From Vulcanimicrobiota bacterium (GTDB taxonomy: Bacteria; Vulcanimicrobiota; Xenobia; Xenobiales; JADMJV01), in contig JBFWNU010000002.1 in NCBI GenBank assembly GCA_050250895.1, forward strand, positions 352,001-416,000: 64,000 nucleotides of DNA. The letters run 5' to 3'. Shown one piece after another: positions 1 through 9,856 of this stretch (position 1 is the first letter of the stretch; each line of letters starts with the position of its first letter). Below the pieces are notes generated by a model, which worked only from the letters and a program-made list of their open reading frames with translations, did not search any database and had not been told where the DNA came from. The position numbers and the translations under genes were made by a program.

Positions 1-1716
1 GCCGTCATCGACACCGGCGTCGACTACAGCCACCCCGACCTCCAGGCCAACGTCTGGGTCAACCCTAACGAGATTCCTGGCGACGGCATCGACAACGACA
101 ACAACGGCGTCATCGACGACGTGCACGGCTACAACGCCACCAACGACAGCGGCGACCCGATGGACGACAACGACCATGGCTCGCACTGCTCCGGCACCAT
201 CGCCGGCCGCGGCAACAACGGCGAAGGCGTCGTTGGCGTGAACTGGAACGCCCAGGTTATGGGTGTCAAGTTCCTCACCGGTTCCGGCTCCGGCACCCTG
301 GCCGACGCCATCAAAGGCGTGATGTATGCCAGCCAGAACGGCGCCCGCATCACCTCCAACAGCTGGGGTGGCGGTGGCTTCAACCAGGCCCTCAAAGATG
401 CTCTGGCCGCTTCCCCGGCTCTGCACATCTTCGCGGCTGGTAACGAGAGCAACGACGACGACCGTCGTCCTACCTACCCGAGCGCTTTCGACCTCGACAA
501 TATCGTCTCGGTCGCCGCTACCGACCACAACGACCAGCTGGCCAGTTTCTCGAACTACGGCGCCACCAGCGTCGACCTGGCTGCCCCTGGCGTGGACATT
601 CTGTCCTCGACCCCCGGTGGCACCTACCAGAGCTTCAGCGGAACCTCGATGGCCACTCCTCACGTGGCTGGCGTGGCTGGCCTCATCGTCAGCCAGTTCC
701 CCGAGATCAGCAACGAAGAGCTCAAGTCGCGCCTGATGAACAGCGTCGACAAGAAGCCCCAGCTCGAAGGCCGCGTGCTTTCCGGTGGTCGCCTCAACGC
801 CTTCAACGCTCTCGAAGAAGACAACATCGCCCCGGGCGCTCCCAACGACTTCCGTGGCACTTCCGAAGCCCCCGGCGGCGCGGTCCTCAACTTCACCGCC
901 ACCGGTGACGACGGCTGGTGCGGCCAGGCCAACGGCTACGTGCTGCGCGTCAGCGACCGTCCCATCGTCGAGGGTGAGGCCGCCGAAGGCCAGACCAGCT
1001 TCGACGCCGCTAGCCCCATCGCCACCAACGCCCCCAGCGTGACCGGCACCATCGAGAACATCCCCGTGTCCCTGCCCCTCTCGGGCCAGGAGCGCACCTA
1101 CCACTTCGCGATGAAGGTGAAAGACAACGTCGGCAACCTGAGCGAGATCCGCACCACCAGCGTCACCGTTCCGGCCGCGACCGTAGCCTTCGAAGACACC
1201 ATCGACGGCGACACCAGCAACTGGAGCACCGAGAGCTGGGGTCAGGTGGAAGTCGACGGCCGCAAAGCCTGGACCGACTCCCCGAACGGCGACTACGGCA
1301 ACGACCAGAACAGCGCGCTGACCACCCGCGAGATCAGCCTCGGCCAACTGCGCGGCAGCACCTTGATGTTCGACTCGAAGTACGCTCTCGAGAACCGCTA
1401 CGACAAAGTCGCGGTCGAGATCGGTGAAGTCGCTCCTCCTCCGCCGCAGGATCCCGGTCAGGGCGGCGGCGGCCAGACCAAAGAGGTCATCAGCTGGAAC
1501 AAAGTTGCCGAGTTTACCGGCAGCTCCGACTGGGCCACCAACTCCATCGACCTGTCGGCTTACGATGGCAAGAACGTCCAGATCCGTTTCCGCCTCACCT
1601 CCGACGGTTCCGTCAACCAGGACGGCTTCTACCTGGACAACGTCGTCATCGCTGGCGACCGCGCTCCCGAGCAGCCTCCTCAGCAGCCCCCCCAGCAGCC
1701 CCCCACCCAGGGCTAA
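1..1716 (+). CDS. S8 subtilisin-like serine peptidase with C-terminal beta-sandwich (FN3-like, immune-inhibitor-A/MAM-like) domains; 5'-truncated
   Basis: Frame open from base 1: VIDTG, HGSHCSG, AAGN, GTSMATPHVAG; PQ-rich tail. Confidence 0.93.
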   Translation, partial: AVIDTGVDYSHPDLQANVWVNPNEIPGDGIDNDNNGVIDDVHGYNATNDSGDPMDDNDHGSHCSGTIAGRGNNGEGVVGVNWNAQVMGVKFLTGSGSGTLADAIKGVMYASQNGARITSNSWGGGGFNQALKDALAASPALHIFAAGNESNDDDRRPTYPSAFDLDNIVSVAATDHNDQLASFSNYGATSVDLAAPGVDILSSTPGGTYQSFSGTSMATPHVAGVAGLIVSQFPEISNEELKSRLMNSVDKKPQLEGRVLSGGRLNAFNALEEDNIAPGAPNDFRGTSEAPGGAVLNFTATGDDGWCGQANGYVLRVSDRPIVEGEAAEGQTSFDAASPIATNAPSVTGTIENIPVSLPLSGQERTYHFAMKVKDNVGNLSEIRTTSVTVPAATVAFEDTIDGDTSNWSTESWGQVEVDGRKAWTDSPNGDYGNDQNSALTTREISLGQLRGSTLMFDSKYALENRYDKVAVEIGEVAPPPPQDPGQGGGGQTKEVISWNKVAEFTGSSDWATNSIDLSAYDGKNVQIRFRLTSDGSVNQDGFYLDNVVIAGDRAPEQPPQQPPQQPPTQG

Positions 1717-1740
1717 GCAGAGGCTAGTCGCCTAGCGTCG

Positions 1741-1770
1741 AGACGGTAGACGTCAGACGGTAGACGGTAG
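1741..1770 (+). repeat. short heptamer tandem repeat (AGACGGT-like, ~4 copies)
   Basis: agacggt agacgtc agacggt agacggt. Confidence 0.7.
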
Positions 1771-1778
1771 CTAACAGG

Positions 1779-1806
1779 ACCCCGTGACTTCGGTCACGGG
1801 GTTTTT
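1779..1806 (+). terminator. intrinsic terminator of the S8 gene
   Basis: ACCCCGTGAC-TTCG-GTCACGGGGT followed by T run. Confidence 0.9.
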
Positions 1807-1814
1807 CGCTTGTT

Positions 1815-2020
1815 CTCGGCCTGCGGCCGACAAGGAGCTGTTTCGGCCTGCGGCCGACAAGGAGCGTCGGCTTCGCCGACGAGATGGGAGCTCTTGCTAC
1901 GCTCGAGAGATGGGAGCGGAGCGGAGCTCCGAGATGGGAGCGAGTTGAGCTGTCGCTCAACTCGAGGTCTTGAGGTAGTCGACGCTTCGCGTCGTAACTC
2001 TGGGGCGGCTTCGCCGCGGA
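1815..2020. repeat. palindromic mini-hairpin array, repeat family A
   Basis: TCGGCCTGCGGCCGA x2, GTCGGCTTCGCCGAC, GAGTTGAGC-TGTC-GCTCAACTC (1942), GACGCTTCGCGTC; same core recurs at 43755, 43945, 44242. Confidence 0.85.
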
Positions 2021-2056
2021 ACCGCCCTGATGGCCCTACCGGCGATTCGGGCAGCC

Positions 2057-3045
2057 CACACTGCCGAATGGCTCGCCCGCCTCCGCTTGGGCGGGGCCGG
2101 CAACTCGCCACGGCTACTTCCGGGCGGAAGACAGGCTGGTCGCTAGATTTGGCCCTCCCGCCGCGCTCGCGCAAGCCCGCGCCAGGCCACACTGCCGAAT
2201 GGCTCGCCCGCCTCCGCCGGGGCGGGGTCGGCAACTCGCCCCGGCCACTTCCGCGCGGAAGACAGGTCGCTAGTTCGGCCGGCCCCGCCGTGTGCGCCGC
2301 ACAGTCGGGTTTGACCAGTGTACGGCGCAAGTGTGCGCCGCACAGCTCGGCTTGCCTGGTGTGCGGCGCACAATCCGGTCCACCGCCGAGCCCGCCTCCG
2401 CCGGGGCGGGGCCGGCAACTCGCCACGGCCACTTCCGGGCGGAAGACAGGCTGGTCGCTAGATTTGGCCCTCCCGCCGCGCTCGCCCAAGCCCGCGGGGG
2501 TTCGCCAGGCCACACTGCCGAATGGCTCGCCCGCCTCCGCCGGGGCGGGGTCGGCAACTCGCCCCGGCCACTTCCGCGCGGAAGACAGGTCGCTAGATTT
2601 GGCCCGCCCCGCCGTGTGCGCCGCACAGTCGGGTTTGACCAGTGTACGGCGCAAGTGTGCGCCGCACAGCTCGGCTTGCCTGGTGTGCGGCGCACAATCC
2701 GGCCCACCGCCCAGCCCGCCTCCGCCGGGGCGGGGCCGGCAACTCGCCACGGCTACTTCCGGGCGGAAGACAGGCTGGTCGCTAGATTTGGCCCTCCCGC
2801 CGCGCTCGCGCAAGCCCGCGGCAGGCCACACTGCCGAATGGCCAGCCGCCTCCGCCGGGGCGGGGTCGGCAACTCGCCCCGGCCACTTCCGCGCGGAAGA
2901 CAGGTCGCTAGATTTGGCCCGCCCCGCCGTGTGCGCCGCACAGTCGGGTTTGACCAGTGGACGGCGCAAGTGTGCGCCGCACAGCTCGGCTTGCCTGGTG
3001 TGCGGCGCACAATCCGGCCCACCGCCCAGCCCGCCCGCCCCTCGC
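2057..3045. repeat. BIME-like tandem array of ~320-bp palindromic units, repeat family B
   Basis: CACACTGCCGAATGG at 2057, 2188, 2511, 2827; inverted TGTGCGCCGCACA/TGTGCGGCGCACA; TTCCGCGCGGAA palindrome. Confidence 0.9.
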
Positions 3046-3120
3046 CGGGCCTGGCCGGGCAGCAGCTGAAAGCGAGCAGAGGGCGAAGGCCCGACCCCGG
3101 CAGATAGCGAAGTAGAAAGG

Positions 3121-3735
3121 ATGGATCCGCTGCGCCAGAAGGCTAGTTCGGCAGGCTTTGACCTGTCGGATCCGTTCCTACGCTACCCGCTTTTCACCCG
3201 GCTAGCGGGGTTGGCTCATGAGGCTTTCGATGAAGAAGACCTGGAGGGCTTTTGCGGGGTGATGCGTTCGCTTTTGTCTCTGACCGAGTCGACTCACAAT
3301 CCGGTGTTGCGTGAGTGCGCCAGGGCCCTGTTGGGGCGGCCGGCCTGGATCGCGCCGGTCTTGGCCGAAGTCGATGCCCAGCTCGAGCATCCGGCCCTGG
3401 TCGAGAACCTGGCCTTCGAGCTCAACTCTCTGTGCCAAGAGGCGGTGGAGAGACAAGAGTGGGACCTGTTCGTCTTCAGGTTGACGCTGCTCGACTCGCT
3501 GGCCGAGAAAAGGCCCAGTCCGGCCATCGGCGAGGGGATCTCGCGTCTGCTTGGATTGGTGCTGCCCAAGTTGCCGCCTGACGCCCACCTGGCGGCCGCC
3601 CTCGAGGCGGGGCGCGGTTTGCAGCGGCGAGGCTTTCCGCAGCCGAAGCATTGGGGTGAGTCGCTCCGGCGCCGGCTCGAGCTGGCTCCGCCCGAGGAAG
3701 CGAACCAGCTCAAGGCCGAACTCGAACAACTCTAG
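3121..3735 (+). CDS. hypothetical alpha-helical protein
   Basis: Protein-like Leu/Glu-rich ORF ending 2 nt before the next gene. Confidence 0.7.
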   Translation: MDPLRQKASSAGFDLSDPFLRYPLFTRLAGLAHEAFDEEDLEGFCGVMRSLLSLTESTHNPVLRECARALLGRPAWIAPVLAEVDAQLEHPALVENLAFELNSLCQEAVERQEWDLFVFRLTLLDSLAEKRPSPAIGEGISRLLGLVLPKLPPDAHLAAALEAGRGLQRRGFPQPKHWGESLRRRLELAPPEEANQLKAELEQL

Positions 3736-3737
3736 CC

Positions 3738-4589
3738 ATGTGTCGCTTTGTGGCCTACGTGGGCCGTCCGCTATTGATCAGCCAGTTGGTGACCGAGCCG
3801 GTCCACTCGCTCATCCATCAGAGCTACCACGCCCTCGAACGACCCGAACCCCTCAACGGCGACGGGTTCGGAGTGGCCTGGTACTGTCCCGGATGCCAAC
3901 CAGAGCCGGCGCTCTTTCGCGAGATTACGCCCGCCTGGAGCAACGAGAATTTGCGCTCGATCGCCCGCGTCACCACGAGTGATTGCATCCTGGCGCACGT
4001 GCGAGCCGCCTCGCCCGGCACTGGCGTGCACTATCTCAACTGCCACCCCTTCGCCATCGAGCACTTGACATTCATGCACAACGGCAGCCTGGCCGGCTTT
4101 CGCGAATGGAAGCGGCGGCTCATCAATCTGCTCTCGGATGAGGCCTTCGCGGCCATTCGGGGATCGACCGATTCCGAGCATGCCTTTGCCTTGTTTTGGG
4201 ACCTTTATCGGCGCTGCCGGGGGGCTGGCTGGGAGCGGCTCTGCGAAGGGGCCCTGGCCACCATCGCCGAACTCGAGCGACTCCGGTTCGAGGCGGGCGT
4301 CGAGGACAGTTCGTTCATGAACTTCGTGGTCTGCGACGGCGAATCCATCGTGGCCTCACGCTACTCCAGCCAGGGAGACGACGGGGCCAGTCTTCATTAC
4401 GTTAGTGGGCGCGAACTGCGCTGCCAGGAAGGTCTCTATGAACATGAGCCCGGTGACGAGACCGATTTCGTGCTGGTAGCCTCGGAGGAGACGACCCCCG
4501 GGTTCTGCTGGCAGGTCGTGCCCGACAATCATCTGCTCATTGCTTCGCGCACCGGCGAGGCGCGTTTAATGCCGATCGTGCTGCCCTGA
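3738..4589 (+). CDS. class II glutamine amidotransferase, EgtC/YafJ-like
   Basis: N-terminal MCR nucleophile Cys, NGDGFG, AHVRAA, NCHPF, MHNG, GSTDSE, VASE. Confidence 0.9.
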   Translation: MCRFVAYVGRPLLISQLVTEPVHSLIHQSYHALERPEPLNGDGFGVAWYCPGCQPEPALFREITPAWSNENLRSIARVTTSDCILAHVRAASPGTGVHYLNCHPFAIEHLTFMHNGSLAGFREWKRRLINLLSDEAFAAIRGSTDSEHAFALFWDLYRRCRGAGWERLCEGALATIAELERLRFEAGVEDSSFMNFVVCDGESIVASRYSSQGDDGASLHYVSGRELRCQEGLYEHEPGDETDFVLVASEETTPGFCWQVVPDNHLLIASRTGEARLMPIVLP

Positions 4590-4886
4590 GCGTTCCTGGG
4601 CCACCAGACCGCGGGCAGGCAGGCTGGTGCGGACTTTTTCCAGGGTGGCCAGGCTCCAGGGCTCGAGCATGTCGGCGGTGATGTTCTCTCCACCCCCGGG
4701 GACCGGCTCGCGGCCGGCCAGCACGAACTGCTCCTGGGTGAACAACTCCTCGAGGGCGCGACGATAGTCCTCGTCGAGCACTTCCAGTTGACCCACTCCT
4801 GCCAGGGCCCGCACGGTGCCCACTACGGCTCCGGGCTTCCACTCTCCGTCGCTACGTTCGAGCCGGCGAATCTCCCAGTCAATCAC
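4566..4886 (-). CDS. small hypothetical protein (106 aa), possible immunity/partner of the upstream peptidase
   Basis: GTG start at 4886 overlaps the upstream TGA (GTGA). Confidence 0.65.
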   Translation of the reverse strand: MIDWEIRRLERSDGEWKPGAVVGTVRALAGVGQLEVLDEDYRRALEELFTQEQFVLAGREPVPGGGENITADMLEPWSLATLEKVRTSLPARGLVAQERSGQHDRH

Positions 4887-6019
4887 GATACGCCCTTCCA
4901 GGGAACTTCCATCAGTTCGCACTTGGAGCGCATGTAGTCGCGCAGCGTCGAGTCGGCCAGGGCCGGCAGAAAGCCTTTCACCGAGCGGGTGAGGTGGGTC
5001 CGAAAGGCCCCGTCGTCTTGATAGCGACTGAGCATGTCTCGGATAGAGAGTTCTGGCTGTTGGTGCAGCCATCCCGGCAGGAACGTGGTCAAGGCTTTGT
5101 CGGGATTGAGTTGGCGCGGAACGGCCCCGAGCTTCTCGAGGTAGCGACCTTGACCGTTGCAACCGAAGCCGGCCATCGAGATGGCCTCGTCATCGGTCAG
5201 GCTGCCGGCGCAGGTCTTGACCTGGAAGAACTCGGAGAAGCACTCGGCCCAGTCCTCTTTCTTGTTGACGGCAGCATAGTTGGTGACGAAATCGCCGCCG
5301 GGACCCACGGCCTTGGGGTCGCCCTGGCCGAACGGTTCGGTCGAGAGGCCGTAGCGGTTGTCGGCAGCGTGGCCCATCTCGTGGTAGAGCACCTTCTTGA
5401 CGTGGTTGAGCGACTCGAGGGGATTCTTCTTGAGACCCCTCGAGGCCATCCGCGACAGCGAGATCGAGGTTTGCTCGCCCGATTTGACGGCGGTGCCCAG
5501 AACGTCGCGGCCGGTCTCGCGGCTTTTGCCCAGGTCGTCGATCATGAAGACATCTTTGATCACCGGCATCACCATGCCATGGGGGTCGACGGCGGCGAAC
5601 TGGGCCAGCGCCTTTTCCACCGTTTTGAGTTCGGCGGGGCTGGCGCCGTGGATGTTGACCACATGGGTGACTCCGCCAGTGCCCTGAAGTTCGAGCCGAT
5701 GGACCCCAACCGCGCTGGCCTGACGCTGCAAGTCGAGATGATCGGCGTGGGTGAGAACCCCCCCGGCTGCCGGCTTGGGTGTGGCCTCTTCGGTAACTTC
5801 CATGGCCAGCACGGTGGGATTGTTGGCGGGCGCGGTGGCGACGGGCTGGGGGGCGGGCGGTTCAGGTGGGCTGACGGTCGGCGGAGCCGGGGCCAGGGTG
5901 ACGGAATCCGAGGCGGTCGGAGTCTCCTCGGCCCGAACCACGGCCGAGGCCGCCGGTCTCGGTCGTTCGAGCCGGCCGACCTGGACGGCTGGTTCTCTCT
6001 GTAGAGGGCCGATTGCCAC
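4883..6019 (-). CDS. zinc metallopeptidase (HExxH, lethal-factor/ATLF-like) with Pro-rich N-terminal leader
   Basis: HEMGH followed by FVTNYAAVNKKEDWAECF; GTG start 5 nt after TATAAT. Confidence 0.75.
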   Translation of the reverse strand: MAIGPLQREPAVQVGRLERPRPAASAVVRAEETPTASDSVTLAPAPPTVSPPEPPAPQPVATAPANNPTVLAMEVTEEATPKPAAGGVLTHADHLDLQRQASAVGVHRLELQGTGGVTHVVNIHGASPAELKTVEKALAQFAAVDPHGMVMPVIKDVFMIDDLGKSRETGRDVLGTAVKSGEQTSISLSRMASRGLKKNPLESLNHVKKVLYHEMGHAADNRYGLSTEPFGQGDPKAVGPGGDFVTNYAAVNKKEDWAECFSEFFQVKTCAGSLTDDEAISMAGFGCNGQGRYLEKLGAVPRQLNPDKALTTFLPGWLHQQPELSIRDMLSRYQDDGAFRTHLTRSVKGFLPALADSTLRDYMRSKCELMEVPWKGVS

Positions 6020-6024
6020 GAGCA

Positions 6025-6030
6025 ATTATA
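6025..6030 (-). promoter_or_regulatory. -10 box of a probably leaderless transcript
   Basis: TATAAT-N5-GTG, no Shine-Dalgarno. Confidence 0.65.
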
Positions 6031-6057
6031 CCCCACATGCAGTCGCTCGCGCCAGCG

Positions 6058-7224
6058 TTACTTGAGCAGCAATTGCAGGCTTGCGGTCTCGCCGTGCTTA
6101 CTATGCCGCAGAGCGGTGAAATGCAGCGACTCCGGGGTGACGCCTACAGGCAGAAAGAAGACCAGGGTGCCTCCGCTGCCAGCCCCGGCGTTGACCAGGG
6201 TGTCGCGTGGGATGCCGCCCTCGAGCGCCCAGCTGGCCACCACCTGGTTATGCAAGCCCGAACCGCGCTCTTTGCCGTCGCTGGCGGTCAGGCGCCAGTT
6301 CGGCTGACTGACACCGAAGTGCAGCTTGTCCGAGGTGAGATTCTTGGCTTCGAGTGTCACCAAGATCACATGTTGACGTTTTTTGCCGTCCTGAAAGACG
6401 TACTTGCGCATATAGGCGAAGTGCTTCTGGCCATCCTCAGAGGTCAGGCGCTTGGTCCAGGGCAGCTTCTCGTATTCTTCCATGGTGGTTACGTCAGCGA
6501 GCTTAGAGACCCGCATCTGCCAGTGGCCGTTGCTCACCCACGAGCCGGCCGGACCCTTGGCCTCGAGGGGCTTTTGGGCGCTGCCGGGCTTGCCTTTGGC
6601 GGGAGTCGCAAAGACGGTGGCGTTTTGTTGACCTTGCCCCTTCGGACTCTTGACCTTGCCGATGTTGACGACCAGGCTCTGCGTCTCTCCGTCGTGGCTG
6701 TGGCGCAGCGATTCGAAAAAGAGGGCGCCGGCCTGATCGTAGTCAGGAATGAAGAAGACCAGAGTCCCTTTGCCCGTCTTGCCGCCGCCCAGGGGTGCGT
6801 CCTTGGGCATGCCGGACTTAAGATGGCGCATGGCCACGAGTTGATTAAAGGTTGAAGGAGCGAAGGTCTGGCCATCATCGCACCGCAGGCGCCAGTTTGG
6901 ACTGGTGACGCCAAAATCGCGGGGCTCACCACTCAGGTTCTTGGCTTCGACGGGCACCAGGCAGACTCGCAGATGCTTGCCGAAGACCGACTCTTTGAGG
7001 AACTTCATGTGCGCCTCGCGTTTGCCGGCCTCGAAGGGCTTCCAGTCGAGCTTTTCATACTCGGCCAGGTCGTTGGCGTAGGCGACCGGTCCCACCTTGA
7101 GGGTCCAATGGCCGTTAGTCACACACTCACCGGCCGGGCCTTCGCCGCGGTGGGGCTTGTCCCACCCCCCCGGAGCGGCCAGCGCCCAGGTCGAGGCCAG
7201 CAGTAGCAGCAGTAATACTCTCAT
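6058..7224 (-). CDS. secreted protein with two tandem DUF4352-like (Ig-like) domains
   Basis: Signal peptide; repeated GPAG..V.NGHW...EAKNL...F.V..PNWRL...G.LVFF.P...LRHS.HGET.SL. Confidence 0.75.
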   Translation of the reverse strand: MRVLLLLLLASTWALAAPGGWDKPHRGEGPAGECVTNGHWTLKVGPVAYANDLAEYEKLDWKPFEAGKREAHMKFLKESVFGKHLRVCLVPVEAKNLSGEPRDFGVTSPNWRLRCDDGQTFAPSTFNQLVAMRHLKSGMPKDAPLGGGKTGKGTLVFFIPDYDQAGALFFESLRHSHDGETQSLVVNIGKVKSPKGQGQQNATVFATPAKGKPGSAQKPLEAKGPAGSWVSNGHWQMRVSKLADVTTMEEYEKLPWTKRLTSEDGQKHFAYMRKYVFQDGKKRQHVILVTLEAKNLTSDKLHFGVSQPNWRLTASDGKERGSGLHNQVVASWALEGGIPRDTLVNAGAGSGGTLVFFLPVGVTPESLHFTALRHSKHGETASLQLLLK

Positions 7225-8825
7225 GAATCGTCCCCTTTTCTTGTGAAGATGAACAAAGAATGCAATTTGGCTCGATCGGCGGCTTTGGCCGGACGCAGGC
7301 CCTCAGAGGTCAAGACGAGTTCCGAGTGGTTCACCAGTTCAAAGCCGGCCTGCTTCATTTGCGAGACGACCTCGTCAGCGGTGATGTTGCCGTGATCGGG
7401 GTCGACGATGGGATTGTTTTCGGACCAGTCCAGGATGACCATCCTACCCTCCGGTTTGAGGCTGCGGGCAATCGAAGCGTAGAAACGGACAACCTGCTCG
7501 AGAGGAGCCGAAGCGCCGGCCCGGGCGCGCGGGTAGTGGAAATAGTGAACCTGTCCCAGATAGGCGAGATCCAGACTGCGGTCGGGCAGCAGGCAGTCGG
7601 TGACGTCGTGAAGTACCAGTCTCACATTGTCGAGAGGCGGCTGGAAGGGCCGCTGGAAGAAATAGTCATCTTCATCAGGCGCGGGGGCGGGCCGCATCCA
7701 GGCCTGGATTGACTGCAGGGCCGAGGCGGAAACATCGGTGGCCCAGACCTGTCCGGTGGTTCCTACCGCTCGCGAGAAGTCGTCGAGCGTAGCTCCTGAG
7801 CCGGTGCCGATGTCGGCGATGACCATGCCCGGCTTGAGTCCGAGCAGCTTGGTCAGGCCCGCGAATCGATCTCGCCGCCCCTTGCGCGAAAGCTCGGCCA
7901 GTCGCTCGAGGGGGATGAAATAGGCTTTGACGCGTTCGGGCGTGGCCTCATAGCCAAGCAGTCGGCCAGGGGGGGCCTCGATAGCCAGGCGATGAGCCCG
8001 ATCCTCTGCGGGGGTGGGTACGGGAGTGGTTCGGTCCGAGAGCAGTTGGAAGTAGGGGGCGGGGTTGCGCTCCATCCGGGCGGAGGAGTTGGGGCTGGGG
8101 TCGGGGCCCACCGACTTCACCAGGCGAAAGCCCGTCTTGGACGCCACGGCCATGTCCTGATCGGGATAGAGGCGGAAACGATTGCTGCAGCGCCACCAAC
8201 TGGGGTGCTCATCGGCGGCGCCCCCACGGATGACGCGGGCGCCGTTGACCTCGCCGAGGTCTTCGCGACCATCGTTGGCGCGGTATGGGTAAGTCGCGTA
8301 GCGCGACGAGCACCATTCCCATTGATGGCCGACCATCGCCAGGCAACCGACCGGTGTCGGTTGGTCGAGTTTGCTACGGTCGAGTTGCTCGCCCCAGGGA
8401 AAGCGCCGGCCGTCGCTGCCTCTGGCCGCTCGTTCCCACTGAGCCTCGCTGGGTAGCCGCCCGCCGGCCCAGCGACAGTAAGCTTCGGCAGCCTTCCAGG
8501 TCACGCCCAGCACCGGGTCTTGCTCGCGACCCGACTCGGGCTCGAAACTCTCTGAGTTTCTGGCAAAGGCCCGTCCGCGAAAGCCACCCTCGGCCAGAAA
8601 GCGAGCGAACTCTTGCTGGCTGACAGGCTTGATGCTGATGAAGTAGGGCTGGAGTTCTACGTGCTGGGCCGGAGCTTCGTCGGGCTCGGCCTGCTCGCTG
8701 CCCATGGTGAAGACACCTGCAGGCACATACACCATGCCGGCTGGTGGGGTAGGGGACTGGTTGGAAGAGCGCGAGCATCCGCCCAGGGCCAATAGCAGCA
8801 AGACGATGATGAAGCGCTCCCCCAC
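7221..8825 (-). CDS. lipoprotein: FGE-sulfatase (SUMF1) domain fused to a class I SAM methyltransferase
   Basis: LGGC lipobox; VPAGVFTMGS, RLPSEAQWERAARG, FPWG, WEW, GFR; then ADIGTGSG. Confidence 0.85.
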   Translation of the reverse strand: MGERFIIVLLLLALGGCSRSSNQSPTPPAGMVYVPAGVFTMGSEQAEPDEAPAQHVELQPYFISIKPVSQQEFARFLAEGGFRGRAFARNSESFEPESGREQDPVLGVTWKAAEAYCRWAGGRLPSEAQWERAARGSDGRRFPWGEQLDRSKLDQPTPVGCLAMVGHQWEWCSSRYATYPYRANDGREDLGEVNGARVIRGGAADEHPSWWRCSNRFRLYPDQDMAVASKTGFRLVKSVGPDPSPNSSARMERNPAPYFQLLSDRTTPVPTPAEDRAHRLAIEAPPGRLLGYEATPERVKAYFIPLERLAELSRKGRRDRFAGLTKLLGLKPGMVIADIGTGSGATLDDFSRAVGTTGQVWATDVSASALQSIQAWMRPAPAPDEDDYFFQRPFQPPLDNVRLVLHDVTDCLLPDRSLDLAYLGQVHYFHYPRARAGASAPLEQVVRFYASIARSLKPEGRMVILDWSENNPIVDPDHGNITADEVVSQMKQAGFELVNHSELVLTSEGLRPAKAADRAKLHSLFIFTRKGDDS

Positions 8826-8971
8826 GGCCAGGGCTTAGACCGGTCGGCGATGCGATCCTGCCAGGCCGACTCGCAGCTATTGACTCCTGCCAGGCGCCTG
8901 GCTGATCGACGCCGGATTTGCAACATCATTTCGGCGCAGGATCCACTCCGAATGAGGGGGTAACTGAGCCC

Positions 8972-9856
8972 ATGCAGCCCACCGCCGCGAGTCTCGGGAT
9001 CGGGGCCGCCCTGGTCGCCAATGCCTCCTGGGTGCTCGGCTCGATCGCCTTTGCTCGGCTGCTTAAGCAAGGCTCGCCGATGGGCCTCAATCTGGGGCGC
9101 GGTCTGTTCACACTGGCTTATTTGGGAGCGGCGCTGTTGCTTTGCTCGACCTGGTCGCCACTGTCCCACGAAAACCTGGCGTGCCTGGCGCTGAGCGGCT
9201 TGCTCGGCATGGCCCTCGGAGATAGCCTGTTTTTTGCGGCCCTGGCCCGGCTGGGGCCCCGCTTGACCTTGCTGCTGGGCATGATGGGTCCGGTCTTTAG
9301 CGTGGTGCTCGGTTTGTTGGTGCTACGCGAGCGTTTCGGAGTGGTCGACGCGGTGGGGATGGTATTGACCCTGACCGGGGTGGCCGGGGTGGTCTGGCAC
9401 CGGGCCGAAGGCGAGGCTCACGAGGGTCGCGCGGTCGGGGTTTGCCTGGCCCTGGGCGGCACCCTGGCTATGGCGCTGGGTAGCCTCCTGGCCAAAGTGG
9501 CTCTGGTCGAGGTGCCTCCTTTGCAGGCCGCGTTCGTGCGCATGGCGGCCAGCGTGGTGGCGCTCTCGCTGCTGGCGCTCTGCACCGGCAGATTGGGAGC
9601 GTGGCTGCGGCCATTTACGCTGCCCTCGAGTCGATGGCAGCTTCAGGCGGCCATCGCCATCGTGGTCTTCGGAGGCTTTTTTTTGTCGATGGTGGCCTTG
9701 CGGCTGTTGCCGCTGTCGCTGGCTGCGCTGGTGGCCGCCAGCGAGCCGTTGATGGCCTTGCTGATTACCTGGTTGGCCCTGAGCGAGCCCGTCTCGCGGG
9801 GCCAGGGTCTGAGTGTAGTGGTGGGATTAACCGGCGTCTTCCTGCTCATCCTTTAG
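8972..9856 (+). CDS. DMT/EamA family transporter
   Basis: About 10 TM segments, GMALGD..FF.AL..LGP, LRE; start uncertain. Confidence 0.85.
   Translation: MQPTAASLGIGAALVANASWVLGSIAFARLLKQGSPMGLNLGRGLFTLAYLGAALLLCSTWSPLSHENLACLALSGLLGMALGDSLFFAALARLGPRLTLLLGMMGPVFSVVLGLLVLRERFGVVDAVGMVLTLTGVAGVVWHRAEGEAHEGRAVGVCLALGGTLAMALGSLLAKVALVEVPPLQAAFVRMAASVVALSLLALCTGRLGAWLRPFTLPSSRWQLQAAIAIVVFGGFFLSMVALRLLPLSLAALVAASEPLMALLITWLALSEPVSRGQGLSVVVGLTGVFLLIL

Noticed and set aside
1794-3107. Long ORFs (391, 419, 271 aa) across the repeat array
   Set aside because: Open on both strands only because a GC-rich unit repeats; no RBS, and Arg/Pro/Ala-rich non-protein-like sequence
3738-8825. Ergothioneine/ovothiol biosynthetic cluster
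   Set aside because: No DinB HxxxHxE sulfoxide-synthase domain or EgtD; the FGE protein is a lipoprotein on the opposite strand
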